Part shown: positions 1 to 5,165 of the stretch, in pieces
How positions within the stretch are numbered: position 1 is the first letter of the stretch
Layout: each line of letters begins with the position of its first letter
The notes under the pieces: model-generated
Seen by the model: the letters and a program-made list of their open reading frames with translations, nothing else
Database searches by the model: none
Told to the model about the DNA's origin: nothing
Position numbers and translations under genes: made by a program
NCBI GenBank assembly: GCA_048938295.1
Contig: JBHLMI010000047.1
Coordinates: forward strand, 1-11,632
DNA: 11,632 nt
Direction: 5' to 3'
Origin: Promethearchaeota archaeon
GTDB lineage: Archaea > Asgardarchaeota > Hermodarchaeia > Hermodarchaeales > Hermodarchaeaceae

Positions 1-84
1 TGGGGTCTACGAATGGGTAGATACCCCCGCGGCTTAGTCTTCGGGACGCTGACCCTTGGACAGGTCCCCCGCACAGCTGGTGGC
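1..84 (-). ncRNA. Unassigned GC-rich structured RNA candidate (5' part only, runs off window start)
   Basis: Minus strand reads GCCACCAGCUGUGCGG-GGGAC...GUCCC-GAAGACUAAG-CCGC-GGGGUAUCUAC-CCAUUC-GUAGACCCC, i.e. stacked hairpins just downstream of a BRE/TATA-like element. No family signature recognised. Confidence 0.35.
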
Positions 85-104
85 GTGACAAAGTTGTTTT
101 GGTG

Positions 105-118
105 CTTAAAATTGCTTC
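105..118 (-). promoter_or_regulatory. Putative archaeal BRE/TATA promoter (GAAGCAA-TTTTAAG)
   Basis: Purine-rich BRE-like run then TTTTAAG on the minus strand, same layout as the tRNA promoters in this window. Confidence 0.4.
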
Positions 119-153
119 GCGTAGGTGACTGGATGGTGAAAGTGGGGGGTTGG

Positions 154-330
154 AGAGGTGGCGAGAATAACGCATGAACTACTTCTGCAATTAAGCAGGA
201 GTTTCCATCGAGTCCACTATCCATGGGTTGTAGGATAGGGCTGTGTGTCGATGCAAGCCATTCCAAAACTTTTGTAATGGCTCCCCGTTCACAAGGGGTT
301 GCTGCAATAGGAACCGAACCATGATGTTAA
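154..330 (-). ncRNA. Putative TnpB omegaRNA (reRNA): scaffold overlapping the tnpB 3' end, guide approx. 173->154
   Basis: Minus-strand hairpin ACTCCTGC-TTAATT-GCAGAAGT (202->181, one mismatch, stop codon in the loop) followed by AGTTCAT (180->174). The 5' boundary is a guess from typical omegaRNA length. Confidence 0.5.
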
Positions 331-1510
331 CTGCGGCATTTTGATCACGATTAAAGGGGGTTCCACAATTGCACTGGATAGTACGTTCTGATAACGGTCG
401 ATTTCGGATTCTACCACACACACAACAGGTCTTAGTTGTTCGTGCCTCGTCAATTCTTATTACTCTTTTACCTACGTTCAGGGCCTTGTAGGTTAAGAAT
501 TGGGCGAATCGCCCTAATAAGCCTGTGTTATAGATTGAATGGTTCAATGTTCGAATAGCCTTACATCTTCTGCGACCCTCCGAGGTTCGCCGTCTTTGTG
601 CCATAGACTTTACAGCAATATTACCGATAATGAAGGTGTGAGCCCGTGAATTTGTAATCACCACCTTTGATATTTTGTGTTGGAAATCTCGCATCTGGTT
701 GGCAAGTTTTCGGTACATCTTCTTCCATTTTCGATGATAGAAATGCCACTTCTTACTGGACTTCTGACAATAGTCACGGCGTGATTGCACCTCCCGAAGT
801 TTCTTTCTCCAGTATAGATCAGGGCGTCGACTCTGAATTTGGATAAATCTTCCATGCATGTTAACAGCTGTGATTAGGTTCGTGATGCCTAAGTCAATGG
901 CCTGGTATAATCCGTTATCCATAAAGGTAGGGACCTTTGAGGAAACAGTGATTGCTACAAACCACCGGTTCTTCGCATCTCGAACGATTTCTACTTGTTT
1001 GATTTCTCCCTTAAGTGACAACCAAGGCAATGCAAATTCAAGAACTATCTTCGAAGGATGTCGATGAGTGAACGTTATCGTCTTTCTTTCGATATTGATG
1101 TTAAATCCTGATTGATTGTAGCATAGAGTTGTGAAGAATTTCTTCCCTTTGAACCGGGGCGGTCTTGCGTCCTTACGACCTTTTTTCCTGCTAACGTAAA
1201 AGGATTTGAAATCAGCATCCAACTTTTGCAGGGTCATTTGGAGAACTTTGGAATAAACCCACTTATATTCTGGAAATTGATCTTTAAGACTGGGTAAAGC
1301 GTTCTGTTGCATCGAGTAGGTGATATAGTTTCGCTTAGTCTTTGGTCTCCTTCGATTTATTTCCCAATTTTGACGGCGTTCGGCTAAGGCAAAGTTGTAG
1401 AGGAGCCGACACTTCTCAGATAGAGCCCACATGATCTCCTCTTGTTGAGGTGTTGGTACGATTCGTATTTTTTGAGTCAGCATCTGATGGCTCATGCTAT
1501 CGATAATTTA
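174..1510 (-). mobile_element. IS200/IS605-family tnpB-only (IS1341-like) element; right end near 174, left end not defined
   Basis: tnpB ORF followed by a subterminal hairpin and GTAGTTCAT, resembling the GTAGTTCAC-type right ends of archaeal IS605-group elements. No tnpA between tnpB and the tRNA-Met promoter. The 1510 boundary is approximate. Confidence 0.6.
191..1495 (-). CDS. tnpB: RNA-guided endonuclease TnpB (rearranged RuvC-II type)
   Basis: N-terminal HTH-like KIRIVPTPQQEE...CRLLYNFAL, PRFKGK, RuvC-I AIDLG (D201), Zn finger CCVCG...CNCG, RuvC-III NRDQNAAVNI (D384). The real start may be Met5 at 1483. Confidence 0.95.
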   Translation of the reverse strand: MSHQMLTQKIRIVPTPQQEEIMWALSEKCRLLYNFALAERRQNWEINRRRPKTKRNYITYSMQQNALPSLKDQFPEYKWVYSKVLQMTLQKLDADFKSFYVSRKKGRKDARPPRFKGKKFFTTLCYNQSGFNINIERKTITFTHRHPSKIVLEFALPWLSLKGEIKQVEIVRDAKNRWFVAITVSSKVPTFMDNGLYQAIDLGITNLITAVNMHGRFIQIQSRRPDLYWRKKLREVQSRRDYCQKSSKKWHFYHRKWKKMYRKLANQMRDFQHKISKVVITNSRAHTFIIGNIAVKSMAQRRRTSEGRRRCKAIRTLNHSIYNTGLLGRFAQFLTYKALNVGKRVIRIDEARTTKTCCVCGRIRNRPLSERTIQCNCGTPFNRDQNAAVNIMVRFLLQQPLVNGEPLQKFWNGLHRHTALSYNPWIVDSMETPA

Positions 1511-1593
1511 CCATTTTTAGTTTTTCAGTATGAGGGGGTTACGGATAACTATCGACGTGCTTCAGTCCTTCCATAAGTGCTAGAGATTTTCTG

Positions 1594-1608
1594 CAAAATA
1601 GTTAAAAG
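1594..1608 (+). promoter_or_regulatory. Putative BRE/TATA promoter for the tRNA-Met/tRNA-Thr pair
   Basis: CAAAA-TAG-TTAAAAG about 23 nt upstream of tRNA-Met. Confidence 0.5.
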
Positions 1609-1630
1609 GTACGGGCTGGGGTTTAGTGCT

Positions 1631-1814
1631 GCCGAGGTAGCTTAGCCTGGTTGAGCGCCAGACTTGTAACCATTCGTGGGATATTAGGGCGATACTCATA
1701 GGGCTTTGCCCCAGGGTCAAAATATGATGATTGCTGGCGCACCGGAGAAATCTGGAGGTCGCGGGATCGAACTGAAGTCTGTAGGGCTTCACGAAATGCC
1801 CGCCCTCGGCACCA
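1631..1814 (+). tRNA. tRNA-Met(CAU), elongator type, with three introns: 30/31 (1662-1693), 37/38 (1701-1749), 59/60 (1772-1797)
   Basis: Acceptor GCCGAGG/CCUCGGC plus A-CCA, anticodon stem CCAGA/UCUGG, T stem GCGGG/CCCGC. Intron 1 has a full BHB (UGAG/CUCA, CGCC/GGCG, bulges AG|A and AU|A). Intron 2 has central helix CUCA/GGAG (one mismatch). Intron 3 has AUCG/CGAA (one mismatch) with outer helix UGAAGUC/GGCUUCA. G1-C72 and no three-GC anticodon stem argue against initiator. Confidence 0.88.
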
Positions 1815-1827
1815 TTTAGTCTGTTGA

Positions 1828-1904
1828 GCCTCGGTGGCATAGCGTGGTAGCGCATCGCCTTGGTAAGGCGAGGGTCGCGGGTTCAAATCCCGCCCGAGGC
1901 TCCA
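1828..1904 (+). tRNA. tRNA-Thr(GGU), intronless
   Basis: GCCUCGG/CCGAGGC acceptor, UCGCC-UUGGUAA-GGCGA anticodon arm, GCGGG-UUCAAAU-CCCGC T arm, U73-CCA. Confidence 0.95.
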
Positions 1905-2008
1905 CTCTTTTTCCTGAGTGCGCGAACTGGTTTGCGTCGTGGGATGATGAATTTTTAAGTGTCAAATGGTTGAAGTGCTATGTGCCCAATTGAGTGTACA
2001 GGTGCCGA

Positions 2009-2698
2009 ATGTTGACGGTTGATGAAGAAAAACGGTTTGCTGCTGAAGCGGCGGTAACACATGTTTCCGATGGGATGTGTCTGGGAGTGGGTACAGGATC
2101 CACGGTTGAGATATTCATTGACCTCTTAGTGGAAAAAATTGCCTCTGAAAACATTACCATCACCGCGGTGCCGAGTTCATATGCAACTGAGTTGCGATTA
2201 CATGATGTAGGAATTTCCACAGTATCGCTGGGTGCTGTTACCAGTTTGGCTTGTGCTGTGGATGGAGCGGATGAGGTGGATTCAAATCTTGCATTGATTA
2301 AGGGTGGAGGTGCTGCCCTTCTCCGCGAAAAGATCTTGGCTGAAGCCGCGCAACAACTAATCATTATTGTTGATAACTCAAAACTCGTGGATGTCCTAGG
2401 AACAACGGTTCCCGTTCCAGTTGAGGTGCTTCCCGCTGCCTTAGCTCTCTCTATGGATCGCATTCAACGTCTTGGTGGCTCTCCGATACTCCGACAAGCC
2501 CAGCGAAAGGCTGGACCCGTAATCACCGATAACGGTAACTTCATCATCGATGTCTCATTTCCAGAAATCACTGATCCAAGGCAATTAGATTCCCAACTGA
2601 ATGCCATTCCCGGGGTTCTCGAAAATGGTCTTTTTCCCACCCAGGCGGATGTTGTCTATATAGGTCAAGATAAAGGTGCGAAGTTACTCACGAGATAA
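2009..2698 (+). CDS. rpiA: Ribose-5-phosphate isomerase A
   Basis: Motifs GVGTGST, DGADEVD, IKGGGAALLREK, GPVITDNGN. ATG at 2009 has an SD-like AGGTG upstream; the ORF track start at 1994 is a GTG overlapping that SD. Confidence 0.97.
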   Translation: MLTVDEEKRFAAEAAVTHVSDGMCLGVGTGSTVEIFIDLLVEKIASENITITAVPSSYATELRLHDVGISTVSLGAVTSLACAVDGADEVDSNLALIKGGGAALLREKILAEAAQQLIIIVDNSKLVDVLGTTVPVPVEVLPAALALSMDRIQRLGGSPILRQAQRKAGPVITDNGNFIIDVSFPEITDPRQLDSQLNAIPGVLENGLFPTQADVVYIGQDKGAKLLTR

Positions 2699-2700
2699 AA

Positions 2701-2716
2701 CGAAACATGCTTAAAG
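2701..2716 (+). promoter_or_regulatory. Putative BRE/TATA promoter for tRNA-Arg
   Basis: CGAAA-CATGC-TTAAAG about 30 nt upstream of the tRNA. Confidence 0.5.
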
Positions 2717-2746
2717 TACCATCTTCTTTGCACACTAGTATTCCCT

Positions 2747-2869
2747 GGGCCCGTGGCCAAGCCGGATAGGCTCTTCTTCCCCGGAGAAGGCGCCAGCCTC
2801 CTAAGTTGGTAACCCCGGGTTCGAATACGATCGATAGCGTTGACGTCGAAATTCCCGGCGGGCCCGCCA
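2747..2869 (+). tRNA. tRNA-Arg(CCU) with two non-canonical introns: D-loop 20a/21 (2768-2786) and T-loop 59/60 (2826-2852)
   Basis: GGGCCCG/CGGGCCC acceptor, G73-CCA, CCAGC-CUCCUAA-GUUGG anticodon arm. D-loop intron central helix CCGG/CCGG with bulges AU|A and AG|A. T-loop intron central helix UUCG/CGAA with bulges AA|U and AU|U. Confidence 0.9.
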
Positions 2870-2885
2870 TTCTTCTATAGTTACT

Positions 2886-3476
2886 CTATTTTTCAGCAAC
2901 AATATCAGCAGGGGATACAAGATAGTACGTTGTTTCCCCCTGTCGGTCTAACACTGCAAGCATCAATTTCTTCCGGTTACGTTTCGCTTGTTTGCTAAAC
3001 GCATCCAGCTCTTCCACCTTCAAGGGAGAACCCTCAGAAATCGCGCAAACAAAATACTGAGCAGTTGCCTCATTGAGTTTAGCGCCTCTAGGATATACGC
3101 GGAACAACAATCCTTTCCCATACCCCGTCCGCACTACATATCCTCGGCTTCGAAGATCACTGTATACAAGAAAACGAGTCCAAAGACCCGGATGCCCCTC
3201 TGATAAGCGCATCAGCAGCAAAGAAAATTCCAGCTCCTCCTTTCGTGGCAGACTCACCGCTATACGCTGTCGCCGAGCCAATAATAGCGCCTCTTCAGGC
3301 TCAAGTTCTAATTTCTGCTCACCCTTGAGCGTACCATAATACCCCGCCTCATACAACACAGACGCATACTCACCTTCCACCACCACTTTCCCCCGAATTA
3401 GTCTCGCCGGAATAGGTTCATCAGGGAGCGGAAGGCGCTCCTCTTCTGAAAATCGATCCTCATTTTCCTCTGCCAT
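2886..3476 (-). CDS. endA: tRNA splicing endonuclease subunit, probably the structural (non-catalytic) subunit
   Basis: EndA family motifs YYG..., LEPEEALLL, VYSDLRSRGYVVR, RKKLMLAVLD..G..TYY. The catalytic His position is Thr138 and the KFGxDF motif is degenerate. Confidence 0.9.
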   Translation of the reverse strand: MAEENEDRFSEEERLPLPDEPIPARLIRGKVVVEGEYASVLYEAGYYGTLKGEQKLELEPEEALLLARRQRIAVSLPRKEELEFSLLLMRLSEGHPGLWTRFLVYSDLRSRGYVVRTGYGKGLLFRVYPRGAKLNEATAQYFVCAISEGSPLKVEELDAFSKQAKRNRKKLMLAVLDRQGETTYYLVSPADIVAEK

Positions 3477-3544
3477 ACGTATGCACCACTATCTGAAGCG
3501 ACAAGATGCGAAGCTATATAACATTCTTCCCGTTTCCTGACTTG

Positions 3545-4033
3545 ATGATATCCTGGCAACGCCGTCTTACAGAAGCCTTCACAAACGCACCGAAAATCGC
3601 CATCCTCGGCATCGGAAACGACCTCAAAGCTGACGATGGTATCGGCCCTTACATCATTGACCGACTTCAAGGTCGCAATCCGCCCCATGTAGAACTTATT
3701 AATGCCAGCACGGTTCCTGAAAACTTCATCAGTCATCTCATCGACTCCCATCCCCACCTCATCCTCCTCATTGACGCTGCCCTTATGCAAGTTGAGCCCG
3801 GCACCATTAAACTCATTGACAAAGACTCCATTGGTGGCATTGCCTTCTCCTCCCACCAACTCCCCCTCGCCTTCTTCGTCGAATACCTCGAAAGCAACAT
3901 CGCCACCACCATCCTCATCCTCGGCATTCAACCCTTCACCGACGAATTCACCCAACCTCTCTCCGAGCCAGTCCAACACGCTGCCAACAAAATCATCACC
4001 ACCCTTACCCGACTTTTCACTAAAACCCTTTGA
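3545..4033 (+). CDS. hycI: Hydrogenase maturation protease (HycI-like)
   Basis: LGIGNDLKADDGIG, PENF, LIDAA, SSHQLPL, LGIQP motifs. ATG 3545 is preferred over 3506 because a TATA-like CTATATAA lies at about 3514-3521. Confidence 0.9.
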   Translation: MISWQRRLTEAFTNAPKIAILGIGNDLKADDGIGPYIIDRLQGRNPPHVELINASTVPENFISHLIDSHPHLILLIDAALMQVEPGTIKLIDKDSIGGIAFSSHQLPLAFFVEYLESNIATTILILGIQPFTDEFTQPLSEPVQHAANKIITTLTRLFTKTL

Positions 4034-4046
4034 AAACGCTTATAAG
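4032..4046 (+). promoter_or_regulatory. Putative BRE/TATA promoter for tRNA-Tyr
   Basis: GAAAA-CGC-TTATAAG about 28 nt upstream of the tRNA. Confidence 0.55.
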
Positions 4047-4074
4047 CTAATCTCGCAAACCTATTTTTCGCAAT

Positions 4075-4207
4075 CCCGGCGTAGCTCAATCTGGTAGAGC
4101 GTCTGGCTGTAGGTACACACCGCACCTCGAGCCATTATGGCAATGACCCGGTGTCAACCAACGCAGACACCAGATGGTTCCTGGTTCAAATCCGGGCGCC
4201 GGGACCA
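4075..4207 (+). tRNA. tRNA-Tyr(GUA) with a 56-nt canonical 37/38 intron (4113-4168)
   Basis: CCCGGCG/CGCCGGG acceptor (C1-G72), A73-CCA, UCUGG/CCAGA anticodon stem, short variable loop, central helix CUGU/GCAG with bulge AC|A. Confidence 0.95.
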
Positions 4208-4234
4208 TTATCACCAAACCAACCACTCCGCCCA

Positions 4235-4250
4235 GAGCAACCTTTAAATT
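4235..4250 (+). promoter_or_regulatory. Putative BRE/TATA promoter for tRNA-Asp
   Basis: GAGCAA-CC-TTTAAATT about 27 nt upstream of the tRNA. Confidence 0.5.
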
Positions 4251-4276
4251 TCATAAAAGAATCCACACAAAATCGT

Positions 4277-4385
4277 GCCCAAGTAGTGTAGCTCGGTCTA
4301 TCATCTGGGACTGTCAACGGTCGATGATGATTCATTGATCTGCGGATCTCCTAGGACTCGGGTTCAAATCCCGGCTTGGGCGCCA
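4277..4385 (+). tRNA. tRNA-Asp(GUC) with a 31-nt canonical 37/38 intron (4317-4347)
   Basis: GCCCAAG/CUUGGGC acceptor, G73-CCA, UGGGA/UCCUA anticodon stem, central helix CUGU/GCGG, bulges CA|A and AU|C, intron hairpin GGUCGAUGA/UCAUUGAUC. Confidence 0.94.
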
Positions 4386-4424
4386 TTTCTTTCTTAGGCG
4401 TCGATGTTTTTTCAATCAAAAATA

Positions 4425-4997
4425 TTATGGTTTTCTTTGTGTTGGATGAAAGGGAGTTTTGGTTTCGATGATTCTTCCGTAGGTATCCCACACTACATGC
4501 GTGGGGTGTGTTGGGATGTCTTTGAGGAGTTCGATGAGGATGGTGGGTTTAAAGTTGATCTCGTTGAGTTTTGTGAGGTCGAACCATTTGAAGTGTAACG
4601 TGGTCCTGCCTTCGGGGAGGTGCCAGAAGTTGTCTGCGTCAAGGAAGTCTTCTTGACCTTCAAACTCGTGTTGTTCCCAAATTCCGGTTGGTTCTCTGGG
4701 TGTTACAAGGAAGTAGAATTCAAGGATGTGGTGTTTCTTGGCATGGAAGATGAAAAAATTCTCGATTACCCAGAGGAGTCGTTGGACCGTGATTTCGAAG
4801 TTTGCTTCTTCGAAGAGTTCTCTTTCGACGGTTTCTTGGAGGGTTTCATGCAGCCTTATTCCGCCGCCGGGAAGAACCCAGAGATCATCTCCTTCCAGTT
4901 GACATAGCAGGACTCGGTTCTTTTCGTCAAGCATTACGCCTGTGGCTCTCGAACCGAACCAATCCTTCTCCGATTCAATTACAATCTTCATTGGCAC
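4425..4997 (-). CDS. Nudix family hydrolase
   Basis: Nudix box LPGGGIRLHETLQETVERELFEEAN (GX5EX7REUXEEX, terminal Gly replaced by Asn). GTG start with AGAGG upstream; alternative ATG at 4991. Confidence 0.9.
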   Translation of the reverse strand: MPMKIVIESEKDWFGSRATGVMLDEKNRVLLCQLEGDDLWVLPGGGIRLHETLQETVERELFEEANFEITVQRLLWVIENFFIFHAKKHHILEFYFLVTPREPTGIWEQHEFEGQEDFLDADNFWHLPEGRTTLHFKWFDLTKLNEINFKPTILIELLKDIPTHPTHVVWDTYGRIIETKTPFHPTQRKP

Positions 4998-5150
4998 TGC
5001 TCAAACCTCTCGCAAAACACAAATTATGAAAAAAACGTTCCTGCTGGTCCAATATAAACCCCTAGCCATGAAACGGGCGTGATTTTTCCTTTTCAGTGGA
5101 TGTTGGGGCGAATAGTTTAGGGTTTTTCTGTGTTTTTGAAATGGATAATC

Positions 5151-5165
5151 GAAAGCTTAAAAAGG
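5151..5165 (+). promoter_or_regulatory. Putative BRE/TATA promoter of the rpoB-rpoA1-rpoA2 operon
   Basis: GAAAG-CTTAAAAAG about 250 nt upstream of rpoB; SD-like GAGG at 5402-5405. Confidence 0.4.

Noticed and set aside
1-84. tRNA-Leu (GCGGGGG start), permuted/split tRNA, or 5S rRNA
   Set aside because: No D-arm, anticodon arm or T-loop follows either GCGGGGG, and the 5S loop C consensus is missing at the expected place.
623-625. Catalytically dead TnpB (TldR-like) because RuvC-II lacks Glu
   Set aside because: Both aspartates are intact and an alternative Glu350 is present, so a rearranged site is the better reading.
1631-1814. Annotation as tRNA-Thr(UGU) with one long intron, or as initiator tRNA-Met
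   Set aside because: The full BHB at 30/31 using CUCA supports CAU as the primary anticodon. G1-C72 and the lack of three consecutive anticodon-stem G-C pairs exclude a standard initiator.
1580-1886. Minus-strand ORFs 1580-1855 and 1623-1886
   Set aside because: They are antisense shadows of the GC-rich tRNA genes with no protein motifs.
1826-1904. Leader GA pairing with U73-C74 of tRNA-Thr, and an A12-C23 D-stem mismatch
   Set aside because: These are minor variants; two extra base pairs are easily chance and the cloverleaf is otherwise normal.
1914-1995. Box C/D sRNA around ATGATGA at 1944-1950
   Set aside because: There is no properly spaced downstream CTGA, and the motif abuts the probable rpiA TATA box (TTTTTAAG 1952-1959).
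3398-4097. Long acidic antisense ORF (3398-3979) and Ser/Pro-rich ORF (3702-4097)
   Set aside because: They are by-products of the strongly C-rich, G-poor codon usage of hycI, giving low-complexity translations.
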